DNA of 64,000 bases, from the NCBI RefSeq assembly GCF_018977255.1, contig NW_024704750.1:8370001-8434000 (forward strand). Reading direction: 5' to 3'. Position 1 is the stretch's first letter. Each line of letters opens with the position of its first letter. The notes beneath the pieces were generated by a model. The model did not search any database, was not told the origin of the DNA, and saw only the letters and a program-made list of their open reading frames with translations. Both the position numbers and the translations under genes were made by a program. Shown piece after piece: positions 39,436 to 50,904 of this stretch. The stretch is from Callorhinchus milii. Its lineage: Eukaryota.

Positions 39436-39664
39436 GAAATGCAAAATACTGCAGATGCTGGAAATCTGAAACAAAAACAGAAGACGCTGGGAACACTCAG
39501 CAGGTCAGGCAGCATCTAGGGAGAAAAGAAAGTGAGTCAACGTTTCGGGTCCACGACTTTCGGGTTCTGACAAAGGATCGTGGACCCGAAACGTTGACTC
39601 ACTTTCCTTTCTCCATAGATGCTGCCTGACCTGCTGAGTGTTCCCAGTGACTTCTAGTTTTGTT
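39436..39664. mobile_element. Palindromic Penelope-like non-autonomous element with a hammerhead-like core
   Basis: Arms about 39470-39556 and 39578-39664 are near-perfect reverse complements; CTGACAA...GACCCGAAAC at 39567-39592. Confidence 0.75.
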
Positions 39665-39897
39665 CGCTAATGCTGTTATCGGTATTATAATGCTAGTTTC
39701 AGAAAATCATGGGGCAGTTTATTTTACTTATGGTATGACATAAAGTAGCATACAAATTACAGTGCTTCACGTTGTGAAATAATTAATGCCCAATATAAGA
39801 TTAAAATCAAATTACATATTCTGCTGAGTCAAGAGAAATCATGTTGAAATTGTTATTTAACCCATTGGTTTAACGTTGCTTAAAGCTACTCAGCAGA

Positions 39898-40494
39898 TTA
39901 GGTACATTCAACTTCACTTCCACATAAGTGCAAACGAAAGAAGTTTTGAATTTTTTGCCAAGAGTCTTGCTGAGCATGGGCATGATCTTTTGCATTTCCT
40001 CCTCCAACTATTGGAAGCCCAAAGAGTCTATCAATCCTGGCATAACAATATGGAGAACAAGGAGGTTCAATGTGGTGTCCAGCTCCCGGGTAGCTGAGGA
40101 GCTCATAGTTACTTTTGCCATGTTCTTTTAGTCTTTTTATGGCTTGTTCAGCAAAATAACTGCTTTTCCAGATCTTGTCATCCTCTCCTACCACAAATAA
40201 AAATTGCCCTTCAGCCTTTTCTATTGGGATAATGGTATCTTTGTTCTTTTCAGCCATGGGGTTTTCAAGTGATTCATATATATTCAGAATTCCTGTTTTT
40301 AAAAGAACAATTTTATCCATATCATAGGTCAGGCCACGCTTTGTCCAGTCTTTATAATGCAATTCAGATTCAGTATTTGCATTACAGCTGGAGATACAGA
40401 CGGTTGCCGCCACATTTGGTAGAAAGGTGGCCATTGACAAAGCCAGATCTCCTCCTTTTGATGATCCCAGCACTCCAATTCCAGGCCCCTTCAC
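39898..40494 (-). CDS. ACOT copy B exon 3 (catalytic domain)
   Basis: TAG|GTG acceptor; GSSKG, VGEDDKIW and GAGH intact; ends CGSEVECT* with no PTS1. Confidence 0.93.
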   Translation of the reverse strand: MKGPGIGVLGSSKGGDLALSMATFLPNVAATVCISSCNANTESELHYKDWTKRGLTYDMDKIVLLKTGILNIYESLENPMAEKNKDTIIPIEKAEGQFLFVVGEDDKIWKSSYFAEQAIKRLKEHGKSNYELLSYPGAGHHIEPPCSPYCYARIDRLFGLPIVGGGNAKDHAHAQQDSWQKIQNFFRLHLCGSEVECT

Positions 40495-40957
40495 CTATAA
40501 AAATCAAAATCTATTATTATAGTAATGTAATCATACCAATTGAAAAATTTAATGTACACAGCAACTAAGGTCACTTAAATTTTGAAAATAGCCCATTCAT
40601 TAAAATTTCCATTTATTCATTCGTATAAACAAGGTACTGTTAAATGGTGAATTTAATTTCACATCAACGTTTTTCTCCACATGACAAAGGTTTGAAATGT
40701 GAAGTATTCAGTGTTGATACTCTGACCTATTTTCACTCATACTCGTTAGGTATTTATAATGATTTATGAATATAACCTCGTAAAGCAACATTTAGGGTTT
40801 AAAAAACATTTAGGATGCTATTGAAATGCAATCTATTTTCACAAAATGAACTGAACCAATGTTTCAACACATTCATGCACTGGGCCACTGACTGGGAACC
40901 CCAACTTGAATATTTTGAGTCTGGCTCCTCCAGGTAGCAATTGTGCCAGAAACTCAC

Positions 40958-41160
40958 CTTTGGATATTTCTGCAGATAATTTGCAGCACTTTCAAAGTAT
41001 TCCAAATGAAATTCCTTCATGTTCATTGGTAAGTCTTCAAAACCAAAGTAAGGGAGAGCAAGAGCACAAAAGCCCCGGCTTGCCAGCAGACAGGATCGAA
41101 ACTCAGTTAAACCACCAACATCTCCAAACATATCTATCACTCCTGGAAAGGGCCCATCCC
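40958..41160 (-). CDS. ACOT copy B exon 2 (203 nt)
   Basis: TTAAG acceptor, AAG|GTGAGT donor; DGPFPGVIDMFGDVGGLTEFRSCLLASRGF...LEYFESAANYLQKYPK. Confidence 0.93.
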
Positions 41161-42020
41161 CTTAAGGTACAAGCAAAAACAAATTCACAATAAACCATTA
41201 ATGTGAAGAATGACAAGATTTTTCAAGTGGTAGTGAAAACATTTGGTCATCTACAGCAGGGGTCTCAAACTTTGTCTAGCTAAGAAAAAAACTATTACAC
41301 CTCCCTATGCTTTACTAAGGCAACACAAATAACTCAAAATACTCTGCAAGAATATGAGTAATAAAGTAGAAGGGCTTTGATCAATAGTTATAATAAAAGT
41401 AGGAGTGTCAAAAGTACAGTAAATCCTGTGAAGCACCTTGAGATTTTCTCCAAAGGGTAAGGCATTATATCGAATACAATGCTTCATTCATTCATTTATA
41501 TAATCTATTTATTGATTGTTTATTTAACTACTCCATATAGTAATTAACAGTTCAACTCATTCCTTAACCGTAAAGTGTAATAAAAATTGTTTGGATCATG
41601 AGCACATCCAGAGGTAATGTAATTAATTTATCGTTGATGGTTGTATGCTGTAGTCAAATTAATTTATACTTTTTGGCCTCACTCGAGGGGACACTGGCTT
41701 CGAGAAAAGGTTTTCTTTGATGGAAGAGTGAGAATAGTTTGTGGAGTAAACTTGAGTCACTGAGGTAAGTGATATCATGTACTTTTTGTGGGCAGTTTGA
41801 TGTCTGAGACATGCCGCAACCCATTGCCATTCTTAAAGAGATCCAAACTAATCTTTGCAATCCACCAAAACATCAAAATTTTCCTTGGCCTGAAATGTAG
41901 TTTCCAATCAATGATTCGAAGGAAGGCACCCTGTTTGCCGAGTTCAAGAAACTATTAGATGCAGGTTGGAACCAACCAAGGCTTAGGGAGCCCAGAGTGA
42001 TGTGTTCAGGTATTGCCGGA

Positions 42021-42130
42021 GTAATAATAATTCTTGACATTTGATATAGCGCCTTATCAAGTCGTCGCGACGTCTCAAATCGCTTCGAAGAATATACCGT
42101 AAAGTGAATCGACTGTACAATTTGCGGGCG
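42021..42130 (-). mobile_element. SINE 3' tail fragment
   Basis: (TTA)n tail and L2-type terminal segment; the sequence further 5' does not follow the usual SINE body. Confidence 0.6.
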
Positions 42131-42555
42131 GAGTATAACCGGCCAAAACTGCCGAGCTTGCAGCCGCGAGTATCGCCTGGCAAGCTTCCCATACCTTATC
42201 CAGTCAAGACCGCTTTACCAGTGAGGACCTTGGCTTGCAGGGTCAACAGCAGCCGGGAGTGGGAAGAATTCCCTACAAGTCCTGCCGAAGCAGCTCGGTC
42301 TGACATCAGGTGTGTCTTGGTGGTGGGTGGGTGGGTGGGTGGGGAGGGGTGGGGGTGGGGGAGTACTGTGGAGCCACCAGAGATTTTATGCCACCAACCC
42401 CTCGCCCTGGCCAGGTCACTCCCAGTTGCTACAACCTGCGCTTGAAAAGAGTCATAAATAGTATTTTTTAAAAAAAACACCACCACCACCACCACCAGCA
42501 GCAGCAGCAGCAGCGGGTTGTCCCGTGTGGTTTCCTGCCACAGGATCGGAGTTAC

Positions 42556-43147
42556 CTGGAGGCATAAACAATGTACCCCGGAGTCTCCCCTCCCTCAGTC
42601 TGATCTTCCTCAGCCCGGGCTTCGCGAACCACCGCTCCACCTTGTCCTTGGCCAGGAGTAGGCCCGGCAGCACCCCGGAGCCGCTGTGCCCGTCGTGGAC
42701 GAAGATCTCCACCCCCATGGGGCAGGTGGCGGGGTCCTTGGCTATCAGCCGCTGGTAGGGTCTCTCCATGGCGGCGGGGGAGAGCGACCACAGGAGCCCC
42801 ATGGGTTCCACGCCCACGTAGTCGCCACCCAAAGACGGGGCCCTCCGCAGGTCCACCACCCCCCGGGAGTCGGCCTGGTACTGGGCGCAGGAGTCGAAGA
42901 AGTGGCCCCGGTCGTTGGACACCAGGACCCGCAGCGTGACCGGCTGCCGGGGGCACAGGCCCGTCACCTCGATGTGGATCTCCTCGTCCGTCAGGCCGGA
43001 CTTCGGTGTGGCCGACAGCTTGACCGAGTCTTCTCGGCAGGGCCTCCCCGGGGCGGCCGTCGAGTGAGGCCGACAGCCGCCGCCGCCGCCGCCGCCGAGC
43101 AAAGAGAGCGGCCGCCGCGCTCCCGCCTTCAGCAGCGCCGACAGCAT
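42556..43147 (-). CDS. ACOT copy B exon 1 (592 nt) with putative mitochondrial presequence
   Basis: ATG 43147 MLSALLKAGARRPLSLLG7CRPHST; YQADSRGVVDL...LGG...EPMGLLWSL...RGTLFMPP; G|GTAACT donor; CpG island. Confidence 0.9.
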
Positions 43148-43834
43148 CACTGAGCGCTTCACCCCGAGCACCAGAGCAATCGATCCCCGAGTCAGTCAAT
43201 CAGTCAGTCAGTCGCTGCTACAACCGAAAGCACAACCTTTACCCCTCTCTCTTCCCCCTCACACACAACTCCTGGGGATCTGAACTGAACCAGTCTCTTT
43301 GCACCCACTTTTTACCCCCCGCAGTGCTTTCAGTAATCCTTGCACCTGAGTTAATGGCACCTTTCTGTTTCTTTTCTTGCCTGAAACCGAAGGAGTTGAG
43401 AACGATAAGCGCAAAGGACGGTGACGAAGACGGAGAGCGCCAATGGCTTTTGTCGTATTTAGACCTTCCGGTTTCGTTTGGATCGGACGCCTGCGATCGC
43501 GGAATTAGCCACGAGTAAACTTGCATTTATAGTGCGCCCCTTCACACAGGATAGCCCGAATGGGTCGGGTGGTCCCAGCTGGACAAGCAGCGGGTTTCAG
43601 CTGGTTAGACTCCAGCAGTACCCCAACGCACACTCTAGGGTCCCCAGGCCTCGCCTCTTGTCAACTTGGGCCCAATACTTTCCGGAATTAGATAAGCAGG
43701 ATGTGTCCCTCCAGGGAGAATGTGCATTCCATGCCAATGGTCTATCTCTGGGATTTCCACATGTAGATGGGATACTAGGAAATCTCAGCTTGGTTTGGAT
43801 ACGCTTAAGTGCTGTGATGGGTTTCTGTGTGTAT

Positions 43835-44929
43835 CAACAACAACACGATTACATTTGTATAGCGCCTTTCACTTTGGGAGGACATGCCAAGACAGTCAGT
43901 GTTTCGGACTTGAGCTGGGGAATGGGATTGGGGAGTGTGGAGAACGGGGAGGTAAGGCGAGTGATGAAAAGCACGGTCAAAGAGGAGGTTCTTGAGATGG
44001 GTCTTGAAGGAGGCAAGAGTGGGCGAGGTGGAGGAACTGCAGGATGGAGATTCAAAGAGTGGGGGCAGAGTGGTGAAGCAGGCCTGCTGAGCAGAGGGCG
44101 TGGTCAGCATGGTAAGGGGGTTAGGTCGCAGAGGTAGGGGGGAGTGAGGCCATGGAAGGCTTTGAAGGTGAGGACCAGGATCTTGAACTGTACCCTCTGT
44201 GTGATGGGAAGCCAATGGAATCGGGCGAGGATGGGGATGATAGGGACACGGAACCTGTTGCGGGAGAGGACGCGGGCTGCAGAGTTTTGGATGATCTGCA
44301 ACCTATGAAGGGAGGAATTGGGGAGGCCGAAAAGCAAGGAGTTTGCGTAGTCAAGCCTGGATGTAATGAAGGCGTGTATGAGGGTTTCGGCGGCCTGTGG
44401 TGATTCAGTGGCAGAGCCAGGCAATGTTGCGGAGGTGGGGGAAGGCAGAGTGGGTCATGGCACGGATGTGGGATAGAAAGGATAGCTGAGGGTCAAACAA
44501 GATGCCAAGGTTTCAGACTGGCTTAGTAAGGTGGAGTGTGTATCCATGGATGGTGATGCTGTCAGAGCCTGAGGTGTGGAGGCACTGACGGAAACCAATC
44601 AGGAGAGCCTCGGTCTTGCTGACGTTCAACTGAAGAAAATTAGCTTCATCCAGCACTTGACGTCTGACAGACATTCTGGCAGGACAGCAGTGGTCCTGGC
44701 GTCAAGGGTGGAGGCAGAGAGGTACAGTTGGGTGTCATCTACATACATGTGGTAGTTGACCCCCATGTCTGTGGATGATGTCACCAAGAGGGAGCACATA
44801 GATATTGAAGAGGAGGGGACCCAGGACAGAGCCCTAAGGAATGCCACACGAGACAGTGCGGGGCCTAGAGGAGAAACCTTTTGTGGAGATGAAGTGGAGG
44901 CAGTGTGATAGGTATGATCTGAACCATTC
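43835..44929 (-). mobile_element. L2 LINE 3' portion
   Basis: [10 protein letters not shown] (RT), AAETLIHAFITSRLDYANSLL...IIQNSAAR...HWLPI...FKILVLTFK; (TTG)n tail at 43835. Confidence 0.92.
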
Positions 44930-45249
44930 AATAATAATAATAATAATCCTTGCATTTGATATAGCACTTTTCACGTCTTCGAGACGTCTCAAAGTGCTTC
45001 ACAGAATATACTGTAAAGTGAATTGACCGTATATTTGTGGGCGAAACGCAGCAGCCAATTAAGCACAGCAGTTCCCACAAACAGTCATGGATTGAAAATG
45101 ACCAATTTATTATTGTTTTGTTGTTTTGGAGGGATTATTATCAGGCGTGTGGAGTAAGGAAACTTGTCCAAGGTTTCGCCCTGCCTGGAATAGAACCCAG
45201 GTGTCTCGCTTGCAAGGCGAGTGCTCTAACCATTGAGCTACAGGACTCC
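44930..45249 (-). mobile_element. Full-length tRNA/Deu SINE, short variant, inserted in the L2
   Basis: Reverse-complement homolog of 34988-35313; L2 sequence resumes at about 45250. Confidence 0.9.
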
Positions 45250-45445
45250 GCTAAGGACAGAACATGAAGATCAGACACCCAGCTTATCAATAAAAAGAGC
45301 TACAGGATTCTGTTGGAAAGCATAAAAGTGCATCAGGACAGGGTAAATTAATCAAATATCTCAAACTAAAAACATTATTCCCTGAACATTATTGCTTTTT
45401 AAAACATCCTGACTGTACCTGCTTTTGATTCAACGCACAGTAGGT

Positions 45446-46710
45446 TTATAATTTGCTCTTTGCAGTGATCTGATGGTTAAGAACTTTTTGTAGAAATTGT
45501 TGCATTTTGGACCACAAATCCTTCTGAGCAAAAGAATGCGGCTTGGCATGACCTCCCCACAAAATGTTTGCTTTTACAACAAAGTGATAGGAAGAAAAAC
45601 AGAATGGGAAAAATGGAGATTCCAAACAATGGCCAACTCCTGGATAACTGAGAACCTCATAGTTATCTTCGCCATGTTCTCTCAGTCTCTTTACGGCCTC
45701 CTCAGCATATCGTTTGGTGTTCCAGTTCTTATCTGAAACACTGGTCCACGCCTTCATTACCTCAAGGGTAGACTACGGGAACTCTCTCCTCGTCGGCCTT
45801 CCCGGCACCTCCCTCCACAAGCTGCAGGTCATTCAGAACTCTGCAGCTCGTGTACTGTCCGGCACCAGGCTTCGGGACCACATCACTCCCACCCTCGCTC
45901 GCCTCCACTGCCTCCCCATCCCCCAGAGGATCGAATTCAAGATCCTCATCCTCACCTACAAGGCCATTCACAGCCTTGCACCCTCCTACCTCTCCGACCT
46001 ACTATCCCCCCACGTACCTGCCCGTACCCTCCATTCCTCTGGCTCCGGTCTGCTCCACATCCCCCGCCCTAACTGCCCTATCATCGGTGGCCGGGCCTTC
46101 AGCATCTCAGCCCCTAGGCTCTGGAACTCCATCCCCCAGTGCCTTCGCCGCCTCCTCCCTTTCCTCCTTCAAGGCCGGGCTCAAGACCTTTCTCTTCAAC
46201 CGTGCCTTCAGCTCCCCTCTTGACTCTCTACCCCCTCCTCGCTCCCTCCCTTCCCTCCTCACTCCCTCCCTTCCCTCCCCTTACCCTGACCATTTCCCCC
46301 CTGCTCGGGTCCCGACCCAACTGTCCAGCGCCTTGGGACGTCCTCCCGATGTGAAAGGCGCTCTCTAAATGCAATCTTGTTGTTGTTGTTGTTATCATCT
46401 TCTCCAACCACAAACAGGAACTTTCCCTCTGCTTTTTCTATTGGGATGATAATGTGCTTGTTGGCTTCATCCATGGGATCATTCAGTGCATCTGAAACAT
46501 CCAATAATCCTGCATCTATAACCCTTGTTTGTTCTGCATTATAATTCAAGCCAGACAGTATCATTTTATCTTTGTAATAAATGTCATAGTATTTGCATTG
46601 CATCCACCGATAGTAACAACTGGTGCCACATGTGGTATAAAGGTAGCCATTGACAGAACTAGATCTCCACCTTTTGATATTACTATTGCTCCAACTCCAG
46701 GACCTTTAAC
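45446..46710 (-). pseudogene. ACOT copy C exon 3, disrupted
   Basis: TTCCAG|GTT acceptor at 46710; nucleophile motif altered to VISKG; frameshift near 46588 giving TGA at 46561-46563; L2 insertion at GEDD/KNW; distal part has GVGH and ends ITAKSKL*. Confidence 0.88.
45734..46391 (+). mobile_element. 5'-truncated L2 insertion with a 5-bp target-site duplication
   Basis: [19 protein letters not shown]...[18 protein letters not shown]; (TTG)n tail; flanked by TTATC at 45729-45733 and 46392-46396. Confidence 0.93.
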
Positions 46711-47577
46711 CTGGAAGATTTTTTAAAAAGAAAACATTGATACACTTAATAAAATCAACGTGCACACCTAGAAACAAAATGTAAATTTTGTCCCATTTCT
46801 TCAGCTCCCGCCCAGATCCTATACAATCATTCCTTTTATCGTGTATTCTAACCCACTGATTTAATCTAATGAAAATTTATGTATAAATGTTCCCTACTAT
46901 CAAAATCATCATGCAAAATTACAGTATTAATTTATCTTCACATCTCCACCGATCAAACCAGTCTTGCTCCTACCCACAACTTTCCCTCCATCTCTTCTTG
47001 AAGCCGGCACCCTAGTCCTAGAATGTTGCTAGTTGTTCTTATCTGAATCCTCTGCAATACATTTTAAGAGTTAACAATTATATGACTGATAGACATATAC
47101 AGATAGTTTATTTTGAAGATGGATGTTGGGTTTGGCAAGGACGTAATTTTCAGGGTTAAGTATTTTGGACACAAAAGGTAAAGAGAATTCCACTTTGCAC
47201 ACATTACTATATCCAAAGAAATTGTCAACACAACACAAATGTGGGGGAAATATTCTGCAAGCTATTTAAGTACCATAGAACTATTACACAACTGGTCATT
47301 TCATTCATGTATTTTAAGCAGCTCTTCTTTAAGATGTACCATTTATTACAGGTACAGCAAAGTACTACAGCAATATATTTAAAGTACTGAATGAAACAAA
47401 TAGTAATGACAGATACTTCAGTGATATTTAGTGGTTATGAAATGATTAAATAGCACCAATAAAATAAATGATTCATTATATCTAAAACTAAATGCATTGT
47501 ATGTTTTTTATACATGATCTGCGTGTCAAGTGAATGCTTGATTTTACAACATCTATTTTACTTTTAAAAAAACTTGC

Positions 47578-47780
47578 CTTTGGATACTGCCTCAAGAAAT
47601 TCACAGCTTCTTCAAAGTATTCTAGATTAAGTTTGGTGGTATCCTTTGGAAGATTATCAAAGCCAAAGGAGGCTAAAGCCATTGTAGTGAACCCGTGGCT
47701 TGCCAAGAGACTGGCTCTGCAGTCAACCAGCCCACCAATTGACCCATACAAATCAACAACCCCTGGAAATGGGCCTTCAC
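47578..47780 (-). pseudogene. ACOT copy C exon 2 (203 nt, open frame, GC donor); no exon 1 of its own
   Basis: TAG acceptor; [30 protein letters not shown]...[16 protein letters not shown]; AAG|GCAAGT donor. Confidence 0.85.
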
Positions 47781-48209
47781 CTATTAGATTTAAAGCACAC
47801 CAGTTACTTTCACGATGAAATATATCATTGAAATTAGAAACTGTACCAAAACTCAAATTTCTACAAAATACTGTACTCCATATCAGTTGTGCCTTTATAA
47901 GATTATGAAGTTATACCACGATTTCCTGAGCCTTTTATAACCCAAGAAATAAAATCTGTAAGAACATAAAACCTGATAAACTAAATGTTCCCATTATCCC
48001 AATTATTTCATCCTAGGTATTTTTAAAAACTATAACATTATTTTCTAAATGATTAATTTTGATGTTGATTGAGGATCATATCGCTAAAGGAGTCCCAAGT
48101 TCGATTTCAGGATCCTGAAACAATATAAAACATTCAGAGCATTAAAATGAATACAGTATTACATTCATAATGATCACTGAATAAGTAAATTATTGATTCA
48201 ATAACAACT

Positions 48210-48370
48210 TTTAAGAGAGAAGTAGATAATTATTTGGGGCGGATAGGTTTGCAGGGCTATGGGGAGAGTGCAGGGGAGTGGGATTGAATTGGATAGTTCT
48301 TTTCAAAGAGCTGGCACAGAATAATAGGACAAATGGCCTCCTTCTGTGCTGTATAATTCTATGATTATGA
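48210..48370 (+). mobile_element. CR1 3' tail fragment
   Basis: agggctatggggagagtgcaggggagtggga...aaatggcctccttctgtgctgtataattctatgatt; a similar remnant lies at about 62920-63052. Confidence 0.7.
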
Positions 48371-48589
48371 TACAATATATTAAAACCCAAATTTCGATAC
48401 AAATTGCCAATTCACTGTCAGCGAAGCTGGTTGATGGAACTTTTCAGGGTTTTCCTTGAGACACAGTTTTCAACTGCCTTAATACAGTATTTAGTCAAGT
48501 GTACCAAATTGTGAAATGTATGAGTTACAAAAGGATAGTTCTGAAAAAGATTCTCTTGCAATAAAGGTTTGAGCAGCACCCTTGTTTTA

Positions 48590-49269
48590 CATGACATCCG
48601 TGCCATGACCCGCTCTGCCTTTCACCACCACCGTAACATCAACCGGCTCCGCCACTATCTCACATCGCAGGCTGCCGAGACCACCATACACGCATTCATA
48701 ACATCCAGACTTGACTATGCAAACTCCATGCATGTTTGCCTCCCCAACTCCTCCCTCAATAGGCTGCAGGTCATCCAGAACTCTGCAGCCCGTGTCCTCT
48801 CCCGCACCAGGCTCCGTGATCCTATCACCCCAATCCTCCCCCGATTCCACTGGCTCCTCATCACACAGAGAATGCAGTTCAAGATCCTGGTCCTCATCTT
48901 CAAAGCTCTCCATGGCCTAGCTTCCACCTACCTCTGTGATCTCCTAAGCTCCTACCAACCTCGCTCAGCGAGCTCCGTTCCTGCTTCATGTCCCCCACCA
49001 CCATTGGTGGGCGGGCCTTCAGCCACTCTGCCCCCACCATCTGGAACTCTATCCCACAGGCTCGGCGCCTTGACCCCTCCCTTGCCTCCTTCAAGACTCG
49101 TCTCAAAACCCTTCCCTTCGACCATGCCTTTGATCACCCTCCTTCCCTACTTGCTTTCCACTCTTCCCGATCCCGACCTCCAGCTTGGGTCCAAAACACT
49201 GATTGTCCAGTGCCTTGGGGATGTCCTCCTGACATGATGGCACTATACAAGTGTAATTTTGTTGTTGTT
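48590..49269 (+). mobile_element. L2 LINE 3' fragment
   Basis: AAETTIHAFITSRLDYANS...VIQNSAAR...FHWLLI...FKILVLIFKALHG; (TTG)n tail. Confidence 0.92.
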
Positions 49270-50204
49270 TGGTTCTTACAGGCAGATCTGCAGTACTCCA
49301 AGGTACTACTGGTGACAAACCAGCCAGTTTCACTCATCGGTGATATTGGTGTCTTGGCCAACAATGCTCCAGATAAATCAATCATTCGTTTTAATGGTTG
49401 TTTGCAGGATATTGCTGTTGTACAAATTGACTGCCATCAGGAATTTGTGAAATGCTTTGAAATGTTCGACAAATACAAGGACTATGGTTATGCACAACAA
49501 TTGTTTATTTGCAGTTTAATTTTTGGTAATTCGAAATCAACAAAAATCACAAGACATCAAATCTCTGAATGATCTATCCTCCTTGACCCATTAAACCTTT
49601 GCATAAAACCTTTCAATGCTCAAATTAAAAATCTAGCATTAGAGGACCAATGAAAGAGTAATTTGGTTAATTGAATTTAAAAACAAATAATAGGGCCAGT
49701 TTTTTTTCCCCAGTACCTATATACTCTTGCATTCCTAATTACCAACAGTAAATTTGAATTAATTCAAACAAACCAGAACTATAGAAGACATTCACATAAA
49801 ATATAATGAACATTCAACTATATTTAGGTTTTTCCTCCAGTTACATAGTATGGATCAAAAAATTAAAGTTAAAATTGTAGAAAGAGGAAATTGTAATGTG
49901 AATAGCCAATACAAATTTTTGTACATTAAATCAAAGAGGTATTAAACAATTGTCCTGTCTTCCAGCCAAATATTTGTTTGTACAAGTAAGAATTTTGTTA
50001 CACAACAGGATGCTAGTGGATTTTATTAAGATTAAGGCACAGTAACACGATTCAACTTATATGAACTGATAGTGTAGAACAAATTATATTTGCATAGCAC
50101 CTTTCACAGAGTCAGCTGAGCAGAGGGAGCTGACAGGTCAATAAGTACAAAACATAACTCAATTCAGTTTACTCATAGTTTACTCATCTGCTTGTTGAGA
50201 TGTT

Positions 50205-50765
50205 TCAATAAAAATGCCATAGTCTTTGACCAAAGTCCTCCTGAGCCCGTGAATGTGGCTCCATTTTCCCTCCCCACAACACAACATGCCTTGCCAACCG
50301 ATGATAAGAGGCATTGCAGAATGGAAAATATGGAGGTTCTATGAGGTGCCCAGCCCCCGGATAAGTGAGAATTTCATAGTTGTTTTTGCCACTTCCTTTG
50401 AGCTGATTTGCAGCTTGCTCAGCATAACATGCAGTTTGCCAATTCTTATCATCTTCGCCAACAACAAACAAAAAGTGCCCCTCCGCTTTTTCTATTGGGA
50501 TGACACAGTCTTTATTGGCTTCATCCATGGGATCATCCATTGAATCCGAGATATCAATAATATTTGAACTGGTAAATCTTATCCGCTCAGCGGAAAAACC
50601 CAAGCCCGGAAGTGTCATGCTTTTATAATGCAAATTTCCTAAAGTGTTTGCATTACATCCACCAATAGAAATAGCAGCCACCACATGTGGTATAAAAGTG
50701 ATCATTGATAGAACTAGATCAGCTCCTTTAGATGTTCCTATAGCTCCAACTCCAGGGCCTCTAAC
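50205..50765 (-). CDS. ACOT copy D exon 3; triad intact, C-terminus frameshifted (homologous frame ends SKL* at 50173)
   Basis: TTTTAAG|GTT acceptor; GTSKG, VGEDDKNW, GAGH; after AQED the frame reads FGQRLWHFY*, while the shifted frame reads WSKTMAFLLKHLNKQMSKL*. Confidence 0.85.
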   Translation of the reverse strand, partial: VRGPGVGAIGTSKGADLVLSMITFIPHVVAAISIGGCNANTLGNLHYKSMTLPGLGFSAERIRFTSSNIIDISDSMDDPMDEANKDCVIPIEKAEGHFLFVVGEDDKNWQTACYAEQAANQLKGSGKNNYEILTYPGAGHLIEPPYFPFCNASYHRLARHVVLWGGKMEPHSRAQEDFGQRLWHFY

Positions 50766-50904
50766 CTTAAAAATAAAGACATTTTTAAAAAAATTATTTA
50801 AACAGTTGGCAAAAATACACAACTTCCCAGCACCCCAACTGGTATCCCTTTAACTTTTTTGGATCAGCCAACTGTTTCATTTATGTGATTGCAGTGCATC
50901 TTAC

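Noticed and set aside
48569-49237. 222-aa ORF as a host gene or as the missing ACOT-C exon 1
   Set aside because: It is L2 ORF2 C-terminal sequence on the opposite strand
50205-50217. Programmed -1 frameshift at CAT TTT TAT TGA restoring SKL
   Set aside because: Only five U residues, not an X XXY YYZ heptamer, and no evident stimulatory structure
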